From Pasteurella multocida (GTDB lineage: Bacteria > Pseudomonadota > Gammaproteobacteria > Enterobacterales > Pasteurellaceae), in the NCBI RefSeq assembly GCF_900187275.1, contig NZ_LT906458.1, forward strand, positions 60,001 through 92,000: 32,000 nt of DNA, given 5' to 3'. Every line of letters starts with the position of its first letter. The stretch's first letter is position 1. Shown one piece after another: positions 19,609 through 30,677 of the stretch. Under the pieces are notes generated by a model. It was not told the origin of the DNA. It worked only from the letters and a program-made list of their open reading frames with translations, and did no database searches. A program made the position numbers and the translations under genes.

Positions 19609-19996
19609 CTTGATTTCCTTTTTGAAACGGCAATTGTTGTTTGATTTGTCGTTGCTTGAATTGATTATAAAATATCAAATTATGTTTTAGTAGTGCTTTT
19701 TTCAAAAAGCAAAAGAGGTTACCTGTTTATGATTAAATCAGAGAAGCGATGCTTTCAGCTTATTAAGCATTCTGTATATAAGATACTTCATGCTGTCTTT
19801 TATCACATGCTGTTGTTCATCTCTTTACGCTTAGGAAAGTGCCAGTCACAATACGCTCTTTTGTGTAAACAAAATGATAAACAACGCTTTTTACGGCGAG
19901 CAAGGTAGTTTGAGTTTGCGATTGTGGCATTAGCATAATACATATGCCTGAGTGCGCTGATCGTGTTTAAGTTGAAAAGAAAATTGATAAAAACGG

Positions 19997-20005
19997 ACCG
20001 CACTT
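19997..20005 (-). repeat. DNA uptake signal 9-mer
   Basis: ACCGCACTT on + strand. Confidence 0.8.
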
Positions 20006-20088
20006 TTTGCACTGTGCTGTTTTCCTCCATTGTTAAATAGTGCTACTATTGTTCAACTTTTAACAAATTATTGACATTTACTTGCACA

Positions 20089-21168
20089 ATGGATGGGTTA
20101 CTTTTTAGTTTTTTAAGCATACCGATTATTGCCACATTATTGCCTTTTTTGCCGTTTAATCATTGGACGGTGCGTATTTTTGATTTTCCGCGTTTACAAA
20201 TTGCGATCCTCAATTTTCTTTGCCTCGTAATAGGTTGGGTCGCTTTGCCGGAACCACGCTGGTTACTGGTCATCTTACAATTATTGAATTTGACATGCAT
20301 GGGCTATCAAATTTGGGAAATTTTGGCTTATACGCGTTTAACACGTCCGCAAGTCTTACAATATCAAGGCGAACGCGATCAACGTAGTATCTCGTTACTC
20401 ACGACCAATGTGCTTACCCCAAATCGTCAGGTGCATAAATTATTATCACTCATTGAACAATGGCAACCCGATGTCGTATTAACGCTCGAAACAGATCTGT
20501 GGTGGGAGGAAAAGCTGGCTTCGCTCGAAGCGCATTATATTTACACGGTGAAAATCCCGCTTGATAATTTATACGGTATGCATTTATACAGCCGCTTGCC
20601 TTTGCGTAATACAGAGATTCGCCATTGGGTACAAGAGGACATTCCTTCCATTTATACGGAGGCATGTTTACCTTCTGGAGAATGGATTCATTTGTATTGT
20701 TTGCACCCAATGCCACCGACGCCAACAGAAAGTGCCACCTCAACCCAACGTGATGCCGAGTTGTTGCTTGTGGGACAAGAGATCAGTAACCATAATCAGT
20801 CGGTATTGGTGTTTGGCGATTTAAATGATGTCGCATGGTCGACAACGTCACGCTTATTTCAGAAAACCAGTGGTTTATTAGATCCGCGTGTGGGACGAGG
20901 ATTATACAGTACCTTTCATGCCAAATATCCTTTCTTACGTTGGCCATTGGATCATATCTATCACAGTAATGACTTCATGATGCGTGATATTCGTGTGCTG
21001 TCAGAGATTGGCTCTGATCATTTCCCTGTTTATGGCTGTTTTCAATATCATCCTTGTGTTGAGGTTGCGCAACCTGAGCCTGAGGTAGAGGAGACAGATC
21101 ATGAATTAGCGCAAGAAAAAATTGCTGAGGCAGATCCAGAGAAAAAGGTGATTGCTGAAAAATATTAA
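20089..21168 (+). CDS. Endonuclease/exonuclease/phosphatase-family protein with N-terminal membrane segments
   Basis: SLLTTNVLTPNRQVHKLLSLIEQWQPDVVLTLETDLWWEEKL..., LVFGDLNDVAWS, LDHIYHSNDF..EIGSDHFPVYG. Confidence 0.85.
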   Translation: MDGLLFSFLSIPIIATLLPFLPFNHWTVRIFDFPRLQIAILNFLCLVIGWVALPEPRWLLVILQLLNLTCMGYQIWEILAYTRLTRPQVLQYQGERDQRSISLLTTNVLTPNRQVHKLLSLIEQWQPDVVLTLETDLWWEEKLASLEAHYIYTVKIPLDNLYGMHLYSRLPLRNTEIRHWVQEDIPSIYTEACLPSGEWIHLYCLHPMPPTPTESATSTQRDAELLLVGQEISNHNQSVLVFGDLNDVAWSTTSRLFQKTSGLLDPRVGRGLYSTFHAKYPFLRWPLDHIYHSNDFMMRDIRVLSEIGSDHFPVYGCFQYHPCVEVAQPEPEVEETDHELAQEKIAEADPEKKVIAEKY

Positions 21169-21215
21169 ATGTAGAGGAAGGTTGAATTGCTGTTTATCTT
21201 AAGCTACGTAAAGAA

Positions 21216-21243
21216 AAATGGCACAGTGTACTGTGCCATTTTG
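21216..21243. terminator. Bidirectional terminator between convergent genes
   Basis: Perfect inverted repeat AAAATGGCACAGT-gt-ACTGTGCCATTTT. Confidence 0.85.
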
Positions 21244-21257
21244 TAGCTTAAGTCAGA

Positions 21258-22913
21258 TTAGCAATCCTGCTTACCAAATTCATCTTGACGTAAAATGTGA
21301 CGAACACTTTCATCAAATTGGGCTAACACTTGCTCAGCATCTTTTGGATCTTTCCCTTTCGCATCGAGGTAGAACTTGATTTTTGGTTCTGTACCAGATG
21401 GGCGTACGATCAAACGACTACCATTTTCAAGAACGAACACTAAAATGTCACTTTGGCGATCGGTTTTGGTGTGATCCAAGAATTGTGCGACTTTGAAACC
21501 GCCGATATCGCTTGGTGGATTTTGACGCAGTGCACTCATTAATTTGCCAATTTCAGATAAGTCATCAACACGAATCGAGATTTGTCCACTTACATAAGCA
21601 CCAAATTCTTGAGTGAATTCATCGGCATAGTCGGCGAGTGTTTTGCCTTGTTTTTTCAAGTAACGTACTAAATCTAAAAACGAAATAGCGGCAGAAATAC
21701 CGTCTTTATCACGGACTTTGTCTGGGTCAACTAAATAACCTAATGCTTCTTCAAAGCCGAATAATAACCCATCGACTTTACCAATATATTTAAAGCCAGT
21801 GAGTGTTTCTTCTGATTGGAAACCGTATTTTTTCGCAATCTCAGCCAGTGCTGGCGAAGAAACTAATGAACAAGCAAGAATGCCTTTTTGTCCTTGTGCA
21901 TGATATTGTTTCGCTAAGTACCAACCTAAGAAACAACCAACCACATTACCATGCAACGGTTTCCAGTTGCCTTCTGCATCTGGTACTGCGACGGCTAAGC
22001 GGTCAGCATCTGGGTCATTGGCAATGATAAATTCGGCATTTTTCTCTTTCGCTACTTTAATGGCTAAGTCTAATGCGCCTTTTTCTTCTGGATTCGGGAA
22101 GTTTACTGTTGGGAACGTGCCATCTGGCCACACTTGCTCCGCCACTAAATGTGGTTGTGGTAAACCTGCTTTAGCTAACGTTTTGCTCAATACTTCATAG
22201 CCGACACCGTGCATTGCGGTATAGACATAATTAATGTCTGTTTGGGGTTCTTTGGCAAGGCTAGCTGTTTTCGCAATGTAGGCATCAACGACTTCGTCAT
22301 CCAGTACGATAAAATCTTGGCTACGTGGTAAATCTTTAATGGAGCCAGCCGCCACTTTATCAATCAGTTTAGCGATGTCTTGGTCTGCTGGAGAAACAAT
22401 TTGACCGCCACCATTGGCTTTACCTAAATAGACTTTATAGCCATTATCTTCTGGAGGGTTATGACTTGCGGTCACCATGACCCCCGCTGTGGTATCAAAA
22501 TATTTGATCGCATAAGCAAGGACTGGGGTTGGCAATTTACGTGGTAATAAGTAGGCTTTGATGCCTGCGCCAGCCATAATTTCGGCAGTATCGCGTGCAA
22601 ATACATCTGAATTTTTACGCCCGTCATAGCCAATGACAATAGAAGGGGTTTTATCATAGTCTTTTAAATAATCGGCTAAGCCCCCCGCTGCTTGTGCAAC
22701 TAACACGCGGTTCATCCCCATTGGTCCGGCTTGTAAACGACCACGTAAGCCTGCAGTACCAAACTGTAAACGACCATCAAAGCGTGCATTTAATTCTGTG
22801 CTTGCTTTCGCATCCCCCGTTTTTGCCGCGTCAAGAAGTGCGGTAAGTTCTGCATGTGTTTCAGGATCAGGATCTTGTGCTAACCAATGTTGAGCAAGGG
22901 TAAAGATTGACAT
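21258..22913 (-). CDS. Phosphoglucomutase/phosphomannomutase (alpha-D-phosphohexomutase)
   Basis: MVTASHNPPEDNGYKVYLG active-site motif, ANDPDADRLAVAV metal-binding motif, IVRPSGTEPKIKFYL phosphate-binding motif. Confidence 0.93.
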   Translation of the reverse strand: MSIFTLAQHWLAQDPDPETHAELTALLDAAKTGDAKASTELNARFDGRLQFGTAGLRGRLQAGPMGMNRVLVAQAAGGLADYLKDYDKTPSIVIGYDGRKNSDVFARDTAEIMAGAGIKAYLLPRKLPTPVLAYAIKYFDTTAGVMVTASHNPPEDNGYKVYLGKANGGGQIVSPADQDIAKLIDKVAAGSIKDLPRSQDFIVLDDEVVDAYIAKTASLAKEPQTDINYVYTAMHGVGYEVLSKTLAKAGLPQPHLVAEQVWPDGTFPTVNFPNPEEKGALDLAIKVAKEKNAEFIIANDPDADRLAVAVPDAEGNWKPLHGNVVGCFLGWYLAKQYHAQGQKGILACSLVSSPALAEIAKKYGFQSEETLTGFKYIGKVDGLLFGFEEALGYLVDPDKVRDKDGISAAISFLDLVRYLKKQGKTLADYADEFTQEFGAYVSGQISIRVDDLSEIGKLMSALRQNPPSDIGGFKVAQFLDHTKTDRQSDILVFVLENGSRLIVRPSGTEPKIKFYLDAKGKDPKDAEQVLAQFDESVRHILRQDEFGKQDC

Positions 22914-23130
22914 AAATTCTCCTTAATTTTATTAAAAATTATGCGGTATATAACATAGTTAGACTAGCCGAAAAAAAGCAGAATGAAAATGATCAAACTC
23001 AAATTATTTGAACTGAGTCACTTTGCAATCGATTACGTTTTTATTTGTGTGGAAGAGGTAGGCAAAGAAAAGGAAGCGCAGTATAAGAAAAGGGAGACAG
23101 AGAGGAGATGATCCTCTCTGTGATGTCGCC

Positions 23131-23685
23131 TTATAATAACAAGGCGGCACCCCATTTAATGATGTCAAAGAAGAATTTATTTTGGTTAGTCGCAACACCG
23201 TCAGGGTTGTGTTTATCTTGGTTAAGTGGATTTTCTTCAGCCATGCCACTTTTATATTGACCTTTGACGACGGCAAGATCGTCTTTTGCTTGCATTCTCA
23301 ATACACGACATGGTTCTTCTTCTAACGGTTTTTCTTGTCGTTGCTTAAATTTTTTGTATTGTAATATGGCATAACCCATGGACTTTTCATCTGCTTGGAT
23401 CATTTTGACATATTGTTCGCCAATGATTTCTTCGAGTGGATAGAAAAAGACATATTGCGAATGGATATAGGCGTCTTCTTTGGAAAAATGTTCGCGTTGG
23501 ATACGGGTTAAATTTGGGTAAATACATTGTTCTACTTGCGTACTGGCGATTGCCCAACGTCTGGCATCTTGATCAGAAAGCTCATAATCAAGATTGGCAA
23601 ATTCGGCAGGAAATGTCGTAGGTTTTGTAGATAAACATGCCGAGAGCGAAAGCGTTGTCATGAGTAAAATCAATAGTCTTAACAT
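23131..23685 (-). CDS. Putative lipoprotein, unknown function
   Basis: Lipoprotein signal [17 protein letters not shown]; ATG at 23685 chosen over the longer track ORF start 23757. Confidence 0.7.
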   Translation of the reverse strand: MLRLLILLMTTLSLSACLSTKPTTFPAEFANLDYELSDQDARRWAIASTQVEQCIYPNLTRIQREHFSKEDAYIHSQYVFFYPLEEIIGEQYVKMIQADEKSMGYAILQYKKFKQRQEKPLEEEPCRVLRMQAKDDLAVVKGQYKSGMAEENPLNQDKHNPDGVATNQNKFFFDIIKWGAALLL

Positions 23686-23773
23686 ATTACACCTTAAACA
23701 GGATAAAAAATTGCGCGCGATTGTAGCAATAATCAGGCAATTAACAAAGTTTTTCATTTCGATATGAGGGCAA

Positions 23774-23782
23774 AAGTGCGGT
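23774..23782 (+). repeat. DNA uptake signal 9-mer
   Basis: AAGTGCGGT. Confidence 0.8.
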
Positions 23783-23832
23783 GAGTTTTTGCTTTATTTC
23801 ATAAGGCGTTGACTCCACAACGCCCTGTCTTG

Positions 23833-25590
23833 TTATTGAATGTGTAATTGCTGTGAATGGTGCGGAATTAACGTCGAACGGTGTCCAACACTGATCACAG
23901 TAATCTGAGGCAGTTCATCTTTCAGTAAGCGGTACATCGCATCTTCCAGTCCTTCATCCATGCTGGCAGTGGCTTCATCTAAGAAAACAACAGTAGGTTT
24001 ATGCAATAAAATGCGAGCAAACGACAGACGTTGTTGTTCACCTAAAGAGAGTACCCGTGTCCAATCATTTTCTTGTTCTAGTTTATCGCTTAAATGCCCG
24101 AGTTGTACTTTCGCGAGTATGTCTATAACTTGTTGCTCATTCACGTCTTCAGGCGCCAGTTCAGGATAAAATAGGGCATCAAGTAGGCGACCTTGTGGCA
24201 AATAAGGTTTTTGAGAAAGAAACAGAGTATCTTGTTGTGGACGTTGAATTGTCCCACTAGCATAAGGCCATAGTCCCGCAATGGTTCTTAACAAGGTTGT
24301 TTTCCCTACACCAGAATGTCCTTGAATTAATAACCATGTACCGAGAGGAAATTGTAGGTTGAGCTTGTCAATTAAGGTTTTTCCTTGCGGGGTCTCTACG
24401 TTGAGATCATGAAAACCAATATCATGACGACTTTCTGTGAGCACTAATTTGCTTGGGCGATTAGCCGCTTTAATCGCGCTATGAAAGCCAGTTAAACGAT
24501 TTAACACCGCACGATAAGCGGCAAAGTCATCATAGGAATTACGGAAAAAAGACAACGAGGATTGTACTCGACCAAAAGCACTGGAGGTTTGCATTAAATC
24601 GCCCAGTGTGATTTGTTGACGAAAATAACGTGTCACTTGAATCACCAGCGGAAAAACCACCGAAATCTGCGTAATGATTAAGTTAAAACCGGATAATTTC
24701 AAGGTGCGGTAGATTACTTGCCAAACGTTATCAATCACCTGATTAAATTGTGTGGTCAATAGACGTTTTTCCATTTTTTCACCACGATAAAAAGCAATGC
24801 TTTCAGCATATTCTTTCAGACGGATAAGTGAATAACGGTAGTTGGCGTTTAAGCGTTCATTGGCAAAATTGAGCTGAATTAACGGGCGACCGATTTTAAA
24901 TGCCACAATACTGCTAAACAGCACGTAAATAAAGACCAAAAAGACCATCGCGTGAGGAATTTCAATATTGGCAATGGTCATCGGTCCAGAGAGATTCCAT
25001 AAAATAATGGTAAACGCAATGATTGAAACGATAGAAGAAATTAACCCCGTCGCAAAATCTAAGCTGGTCGACACAAAGGAACTCACGTCTTGTTGAATAC
25101 GTTGATCGGGGTTATCTAATTGGGCTTCTACATATTGCGTTTTGTAATACGCCTGATTTTCTGTCCATTTATTGAGCATTCTATTGTTGAGCCACATTCG
25201 CCAGTGGATCAAAAAACGTTTACTCAAGTAGTAAGTCAGTAGAGCGTTCGTAATACTTGAACTGGCGATCACGGCAAATACCACCATTTGCTGCCAAAAG
25301 ACGGTTTCATTCATGTCTTGTAATGATTTGTACAACGCGTTGTACCAGTTTGATACCAAAATATCGATACGCACTGAAAGTAAATTGAAAAACACAATAA
25401 TCATAAAATAAAACAGTGGTAAGAGATTGTGTTTGGGGTGGAAATAGTCTTCCGCCAAAAGCCAAAACTGGCGACCCCATTGCGTGGTTTTTGCCAAGAT
25501 ATAAACGGTGAGAGGAAAGAGTAACGTTGTCAATGAAAGGCTTTTTAGTAACCAAATAAAAGAATCATATAATTCTTGTGACCAATCCAT
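23833..25590 (-). CDS. yddA: SbmA/BacA-like ABC transporter with fused ATPase (YddA-like)
   Basis: N-terminal transmembrane region (...LFYFMIIVFFNLLSVRIDILVSNWYNALYKSL...), GHSGVGKTTLLRTIAGLW Walker A, LSLGEQQRLSFARILLHKPTVVFLDEATASMDE. Confidence 0.85.
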   Translation of the reverse strand: MDWSQELYDSFIWLLKSLSLTTLLFPLTVYILAKTTQWGRQFWLLAEDYFHPKHNLLPLFYFMIIVFFNLLSVRIDILVSNWYNALYKSLQDMNETVFWQQMVVFAVIASSSITNALLTYYLSKRFLIHWRMWLNNRMLNKWTENQAYYKTQYVEAQLDNPDQRIQQDVSSFVSTSLDFATGLISSIVSIIAFTIILWNLSGPMTIANIEIPHAMVFLVFIYVLFSSIVAFKIGRPLIQLNFANERLNANYRYSLIRLKEYAESIAFYRGEKMEKRLLTTQFNQVIDNVWQVIYRTLKLSGFNLIITQISVVFPLVIQVTRYFRQQITLGDLMQTSSAFGRVQSSLSFFRNSYDDFAAYRAVLNRLTGFHSAIKAANRPSKLVLTESRHDIGFHDLNVETPQGKTLIDKLNLQFPLGTWLLIQGHSGVGKTTLLRTIAGLWPYASGTIQRPQQDTLFLSQKPYLPQGRLLDALFYPELAPEDVNEQQVIDILAKVQLGHLSDKLEQENDWTRVLSLGEQQRLSFARILLHKPTVVFLDEATASMDEGLEDAMYRLLKDELPQITVISVGHRSTLIPHHSQQLHIQ

Positions 25591-25774
25591 AGCTGTTCCA
25601 AATTGAAATAATGTTTAAAAAACAAGCCAGTATTGTTAAAAATTTTGACATTTTTAGCAAGAAAAATGTGATTACGGTTAAATTTTTAGTATTTCTTCAA
25701 GTTTTTAAAAAAAGAGATTGCTATAATTCATTTTAGTTATTTTTGTTAAATTTAAAATTGATATAGAGGTTAAT

Positions 25775-27436
25775 ATGAGTGATATCGCCATCACGATAAG
25801 CCTCCTTGCACTGGTTGCTGTCATTGGGTTGTGGATAGGACATTGGAAGATTCGAGGCGTGGGGTTAGGTATTGGCGGGGTATTATTTGGCGGGATTATT
25901 GTCGCCCATTTTACTAACCAATATGGTTTAAAGCTAGATGCACATACGATGCATTTTATTCAAGAGTTTGGTTTAATTTTATTCGTTTATACGATTGGGA
26001 TTCAGGTGGGACCCGGTTTTTTCGCCTCATTACGTCAATCTGGTCTTAAGTTAAATGGCTTTGCAGCATTAATTGTTTTGCTGGGTTCACTGGCGGTGAT
26101 TGTGATCCATAAGCTTGCTGATGTGCCATTGGATATTATTCTCGGGATTTATTCAGGTGCGGTGACGAATACGCCGTCGTTAGGGGCAGGGCAACAAATT
26201 CTTTCTGAATTAGGGCTTACGCAAACCACGTCAACCATGGGGATGGCGTATGCGATGGCTTACCCATTCGGCATCTGTGGGATTTTACTGAGTATGTGGT
26301 TAATCCGCCTATTTTTCCGCATTAAAATTGATGATGAAGCGAAAAATTTCCTGAAAGAAAGTGGGCAAGATAAAGAAACCCTTGGTTCGATAAATGTCAG
26401 AGTCACCAATCCGAATTTAGATGGGCTACGTTTAGTGGATATTCCCGGGTTTGATGAAAAAAGAGATGTGGTGTGTACGCGTTTAAAACGGGACGAGCAT
26501 ATTAGTGTGCCGCAAGCCAATACGATTATCCAGAAAGGTGACTTGTTACATTTGGTGGGTGAAATTCCTTTATTGCGTAAAATCAAATTGGTGTTAGGTG
26601 AAGAAGTCGATGTGCCTTTATCCAGTTTTACTGGGGATTTACGCTCCGATCGTATTGTGGTCACCAATGAAAAAGTTTTAGGCAAGAAAATTCGCGCGTT
26701 AGGTATTCATCAGAAATATGGCGTCGTGATTTCACGATTAAACCGAGCAGGGGTTGAGTTGGTGCCGACAGCGAATACCGCATTACAGTTTGGTGATGTG
26801 TTACATGTTGTTGGGCGCAGTGAAGTATTAAACCAAGCGGTTTCAATTCTCGGCAATGCGCAACAAAAATTACAACAAGTCCAAATGTTGCCTGTGTTTA
26901 TTGGGATTGGTTTAGGGGTATTACTGGGTTCCATTCCTTTCCATATTCCCGGTTTTCCAGTGCCGCTTAAGCTCGGTTTAGCCGGTGGACCATTAGTGGT
27001 TGCGTTGATTTTGGCGCGTATCGGGAGCATTGGTAAACTGTATTGGTTTATGCCACCTAGCGCTAACTTAGCATTGCGTGAAATTGGGATCGTGTTATTC
27101 CTTGCAGTAGTGGGCTTAAAATCCGGAGGAAATTTTGTTGATACTTTAGTTAATGGAAGTGGGCTAGAATGGATGGTGTATGGGATTTTTATCACCTTTG
27201 TACCATTGATGATTGTTGGTATCGTGGCACGCTTATACGCGAAAATGAACTATTTAAGTTTGTGTGGCTTATTGGCGGGTTCGATGACCGATCCGCCAGC
27301 ACTAGCCTTTGCAAATGCGATTAAAGAGGAAAGTGGCGCATCTGCGTTATCCTACGCAACGGTTTATCCGCTTGTGATGTTCTTACGGATTATTTCGCCT
27401 CAACTGTTAGCTATATTGCTGTGGACGTTACTGTAA
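25775..27436 (+). CDS. YidE/YbjL/AspT-family putative transporter with TrkA-C domains
   Basis: 553 aa; repeated membrane halves ([25 protein letters not shown]..., [11 protein letters not shown]..., [14 protein letters not shown]), two central RCK_C-like domains. Confidence 0.9.
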   Translation: MSDIAITISLLALVAVIGLWIGHWKIRGVGLGIGGVLFGGIIVAHFTNQYGLKLDAHTMHFIQEFGLILFVYTIGIQVGPGFFASLRQSGLKLNGFAALIVLLGSLAVIVIHKLADVPLDIILGIYSGAVTNTPSLGAGQQILSELGLTQTTSTMGMAYAMAYPFGICGILLSMWLIRLFFRIKIDDEAKNFLKESGQDKETLGSINVRVTNPNLDGLRLVDIPGFDEKRDVVCTRLKRDEHISVPQANTIIQKGDLLHLVGEIPLLRKIKLVLGEEVDVPLSSFTGDLRSDRIVVTNEKVLGKKIRALGIHQKYGVVISRLNRAGVELVPTANTALQFGDVLHVVGRSEVLNQAVSILGNAQQKLQQVQMLPVFIGIGLGVLLGSIPFHIPGFPVPLKLGLAGGPLVVALILARIGSIGKLYWFMPPSANLALREIGIVLFLAVVGLKSGGNFVDTLVNGSGLEWMVYGIFITFVPLMIVGIVARLYAKMNYLSLCGLLAGSMTDPPALAFANAIKEESGASALSYATVYPLVMFLRIISPQLLAILLWTLL

Positions 27437-27441
27437 TCAAC

Positions 27442-27473
27442 AAAAAAACCGCACATCAAAGTGCGGTTTTTTT
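27442..27473 (+). terminator. Rho-independent terminator containing an uptake signal
   Basis: AAAAAAACCGCAC-atcaaa-GTGCGGTTTTTTT; AAGTGCGGT at 27459-27467. Confidence 0.88.
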
Positions 27474-27483
27474 CGTTTCTTTT

Positions 27484-27774
27484 TTATCGTGTCGAAAGTT
27501 GGAAAATCATGGCTTCTGCTTGGCAGCTAAACACAAATTGTGCTTTAAGCAAGGCTCCTTGTTCTACGGCTGAAATATCACTTGTGATTTCGCAAGGATC
27601 GCTTTCTGCGGCTTTTGCTTTTTCAGTTAAATAAGCCAGTGCTTCTTCGGCTTGTGCTTGCGAGGCATATACTTGTTCAAATTCTACCGTACAGTCAGAA
27701 CCATCAATAATAGTACCCACATCAACACAGCAACAGGCTTTGGCTTCTTCTGGATTGCATTTTAATTTACTCAT
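27484..27774 (-). CDS. yfcZ: YfcZ/YiiS-family protein
   Basis: MSKLKCNPEEAKACCCVDVGTIIDGSDCTVEFEQVY...; divergent from fadL as in enterics; ATG at 27774 preferred over 27810. Confidence 0.85.
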   Translation of the reverse strand: MSKLKCNPEEAKACCCVDVGTIIDGSDCTVEFEQVYASQAQAEEALAYLTEKAKAAESDPCEITSDISAVEQGALLKAQFVFSCQAEAMIFQLSTR

Positions 27775-28018
27775 ACCTTTTCCTTCTAATTTTGATGAAA
27801 TATTTAGCACATTTTATCACTGTTCCGCGGGCTCGTAAAATTTAACCCTTGTTTTTGTAAGGTAAAATCAATCATTCACACATCTATCTGACTGGTCTGA
27901 ACTCTTACTAAATCGAGCAAATACATTTGCACCCCTCTAGATACTTCTTTAGAATCCAAACGTTTTATTACAAATGTTTTATTATACAAATAACTTAAAT
28001 AACAAAGGTCTCATAATT

Positions 28019-29329
28019 ATGGCGAAAACTAGCAAATTTACTCAAACTCTTCTTGCTTCCGCGTTAGCGGTGGTCGCGGGTAGCGCTTCTGCTGCCGCTT
28101 TCCAACTAGCAGAAGTGTCAACATCCGGTTTAGGGCGTGCTTATGCGGGGGAAGCCGCGATTGCAGATAATGCGGCAGTGGTTGCCACGAACCCAGCATT
28201 AATGAGCTTATTGAAACAACCTGAAATTTCTGTTGGGGCAATTTATGTGGACCCAAATATTAATTTAACTTCACCAATGCCAGGGTTCGCCTATAAAAAT
28301 ATTGCGCCGAATGCGTTAGTTCCGACAGTGTATGGTGTGTATCCAATTAACGAAAAATTCGCTGTGGGCGGTGGATTGAATGTCAACTATGGTTTAGCCA
28401 CCGAGTTTGATGACAAATATGCGGGTGGCTTTTTAGGCGGTAAAACCGATTTAACCGCAATTAACTTTAACTTAAGCGGTGCCTATCGTGTTACTGAAAA
28501 ATTCAGTGTTGGTCTAGGCTTAAACGCAGTGCATGCGAAAGCGAAACTTGAGCGTTATGCGGGTGTAGCGTTAAAATTAAAAGCGCAAGCATTGGCTCAA
28601 GCTGGAGTTCAAGGTGCAGAACAACTTGCGAAATTACCAGCGAATACTGTGATTTCAAAGTTACAGGGTGATAAATGGGGCTTTGGCTGGAATGCAGGAT
28701 TGGTATATGAATTTAATGAGCGTAACCGCATTGGTATCGCCTATCATTCACAAGTGGATATCAATTTTAAAGGACAGTATTCGAATCAATTTCCTTTAGC
28801 TCTTGCACCTGCATTAAGTCCTCAAGGTATTACTGCGACAGGTGGCAAAGAAATCCCGGGTACTTTACATTTACCGCTACCGGCTTATTGGGAAATTTCT
28901 GGCTATCATAAAATGACCGATCGTTTTGCAATGCACTATAGCTATAAATATACGCAATGGAGCAAATTTAAAGAGTTACGTGCAAAAGGTACGGACGGTA
29001 AGACCTTATTTAGCAAAACAGAAGAGTTTCGTGATTCTTCACGTATTGCCCTTGGTGCGAGCTATGATGTAACCGATGCATTAACGGTACGTACGGGTAT
29101 TGCGTATGATGAAAGTGCTGCAGATGAGCATAACACCATTTCTATTCCAGATACGGATCGTACTTGGTTTAGTGTGGGGGCCACTTACCGCTTTACGCCA
29201 AATGTATCTATTGATGCCGGTTTTGCACACTTAAAAGGCAAGAAGAATACCTTTAAAGAAGAAGGGGTTCCATTTACTAGCAAAGCCAGTGCGAACCTTT
29301 ATGGTTTAAATGTGAATTACCGTTTCTAA
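28019..29329 (+). CDS. fadL: FadL/OmpP1-family outer-membrane transporter
   Basis: Signal peptide MAKTSKFTQTLLASALAVVAGSASAAAFQLAEVSTSGLGRAYAGEAAIADNAAVVATNPA; terminal FRF-type GLNVNYRF; ATG at 28019. Confidence 0.92.
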   Translation: MAKTSKFTQTLLASALAVVAGSASAAAFQLAEVSTSGLGRAYAGEAAIADNAAVVATNPALMSLLKQPEISVGAIYVDPNINLTSPMPGFAYKNIAPNALVPTVYGVYPINEKFAVGGGLNVNYGLATEFDDKYAGGFLGGKTDLTAINFNLSGAYRVTEKFSVGLGLNAVHAKAKLERYAGVALKLKAQALAQAGVQGAEQLAKLPANTVISKLQGDKWGFGWNAGLVYEFNERNRIGIAYHSQVDINFKGQYSNQFPLALAPALSPQGITATGGKEIPGTLHLPLPAYWEISGYHKMTDRFAMHYSYKYTQWSKFKELRAKGTDGKTLFSKTEEFRDSSRIALGASYDVTDALTVRTGIAYDESAADEHNTISIPDTDRTWFSVGATYRFTPNVSIDAGFAHLKGKKNTFKEEGVPFTSKASANLYGLNVNYRF

Positions 29330-29351
29330 TTGACAAAAAATCAAGCATAAT

Positions 29352-29380
29352 AAAGCGTACTTCGGTACGCTTTTCTTTTT
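29352..29380 (+). terminator. Rho-independent terminator after fadL
   Basis: AAAGCGTAC-ttcg-GTACGCTTTTCTTTTT. Confidence 0.88.
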
Positions 29381-29391
29381 TAGAGGATGTT

Positions 29392-29934
29392 ATGTCACCT
29401 GTTTATTATTGCTATGAGGATTCTCCGGTTGGGCGTTTATTGATGCTGTGTGAAGCGGAGAAACTTACGCATCTTGATTTTGTTGTCACGCAAGTTGCCC
29501 CTCGCCCCGATTGGATTTTAGATGAAAATCGACCGCTCTTTTTACAGGTTAAGCAAGCCTTGCGGGACTATTTTGCTGGGAAACGTGTGTGCTTTGACGC
29601 GATTCCTTTTGCCCCTAAAGGTACGGCATTTCAGCAACGCGTTTGGTCTGCATTACAACAGTTAGCTTATGGTGAATGCACGACTTATGGCGAGCTGGCT
29701 CAACGAATTGGTCAGCCGAAGGCGGTGCGTGCGGTTGGTGGGGCCGTTGGTCGTAATCCAATTAGCATTCTAATCCCTTGTCATCGTGTTTTAGGTAAAC
29801 AACGTGAATTGACCGGTTTTGGTGGAGGCTTACCCATCAAACGCCATTTGTTGCAATTAGAACAAATTGACTATGTGGATCACGGGGTAGAGTTTGTAAA
29901 ACCTAAACACCTCAAAAAATATCAGCAAAAATGA
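29392..29934 (+). CDS. ogt: Methylated-DNA--[protein]-cysteine S-methyltransferase
   Basis: PIPCHRVLG-type active site: NPISILIPCHRVLGKQRELTGFGGGLPIKRHLLQLE. Confidence 0.93.
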   Translation: MSPVYYCYEDSPVGRLLMLCEAEKLTHLDFVVTQVAPRPDWILDENRPLFLQVKQALRDYFAGKRVCFDAIPFAPKGTAFQQRVWSALQQLAYGECTTYGELAQRIGQPKAVRAVGGAVGRNPISILIPCHRVLGKQRELTGFGGGLPIKRHLLQLEQIDYVDHGVEFVKPKHLKKYQQK

Positions 29935-29942
29935 CCGCACTT
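29934..29942 (-). repeat. DNA uptake signal 9-mer at the ogt-mutH junction
   Basis: ACCGCACTT begins on the last base of the ogt stop codon and ends just before the mutH ATG at 29944. Confidence 0.8.
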
Positions 29943-29943
29943 T

Positions 29944-30612
29944 ATGACACCTCAAACTGAGCAAGAATTATTACAACGGGCACAGGCGATTGCAGGCTTA
30001 CGCTTTGCCGATCTGGCACAAAGCCTGCATATGCCGGTTCCACCTGACTTAAAACGAGATAAAGGCTGGGTGGGTATGTTAATTGAAACCGCTCTCGGTG
30101 CAACCGCAGGCAGTAAAGCTGAGCAAGATTTTGCGCACTTGGGGATTGAGTTAAAAACGCTCCCGATTAATGCACAGGGGATGCCGTTAGAAACCACTTT
30201 TGTCAGCTTAGCGCCCTTAACGCAGAATGTGGGGGTCAGTTGGGAAAACTCACATGTTAGGCATAAACTCAGTAAGGTACTGTGGATTTTAGTTGAAGGG
30301 GAAAGACAGATTCCGTTGTCTGAACGGCGTGTTGGGCAGCCGATTTTATGGCAGCCTTCAGCACAGCAAGAATTGCGTTTAAAGCGAGATTGGGAAGAGC
30401 TAATGGAATATATTAGCTTAGGCAAGCTTGAGCAGATTAATGCGACCTTAGGCGAGGTGCTACAGCTTCGTCCGAAAGGGGCAAACAGTAAAGCGTTGAC
30501 CCGTGGAATTGGCAAACACGGTGAAATGATTGATACGTTACCTTTAGGCTTTTATTTACGTAAAACCTTTACTGCGGAAATTTTACAACAATTTTTGCTT
30601 GGCACGGGGTAA
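29944..30612 (+). CDS. mutH: DNA mismatch repair endonuclease MutH
   Basis: [48 protein letters not shown]... typical of MutH; mutH-terC/ygdQ synteny. Confidence 0.95.
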   Translation: MTPQTEQELLQRAQAIAGLRFADLAQSLHMPVPPDLKRDKGWVGMLIETALGATAGSKAEQDFAHLGIELKTLPINAQGMPLETTFVSLAPLTQNVGVSWENSHVRHKLSKVLWILVEGERQIPLSERRVGQPILWQPSAQQELRLKRDWEELMEYISLGKLEQINATLGEVLQLRPKGANSKALTRGIGKHGEMIDTLPLGFYLRKTFTAEILQQFLLGTG

Positions 30613-30677
30613 TTGACTTGGTGTCTTTGCACAAAATGATATGATTTATCTCATTTTTATGAAAAAAGGAACAGACT

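Noticed and set aside
19693-20030. Opposing small ORFs in the intergenic region before the endonuclease-like gene
   Set aside because: Overlap each other, lack RBS or motifs, and include an uptake-signal region; treated as non-coding.
23004-23276. 90-aa - strand ORF downstream of the lipoprotein gene
   Set aside because: Covers a hairpin region (CAGAGAGGA-gatga-TCCTCTCTG, 23098-23120) and overlaps the lipoprotein CDS end; composition looks non-coding.
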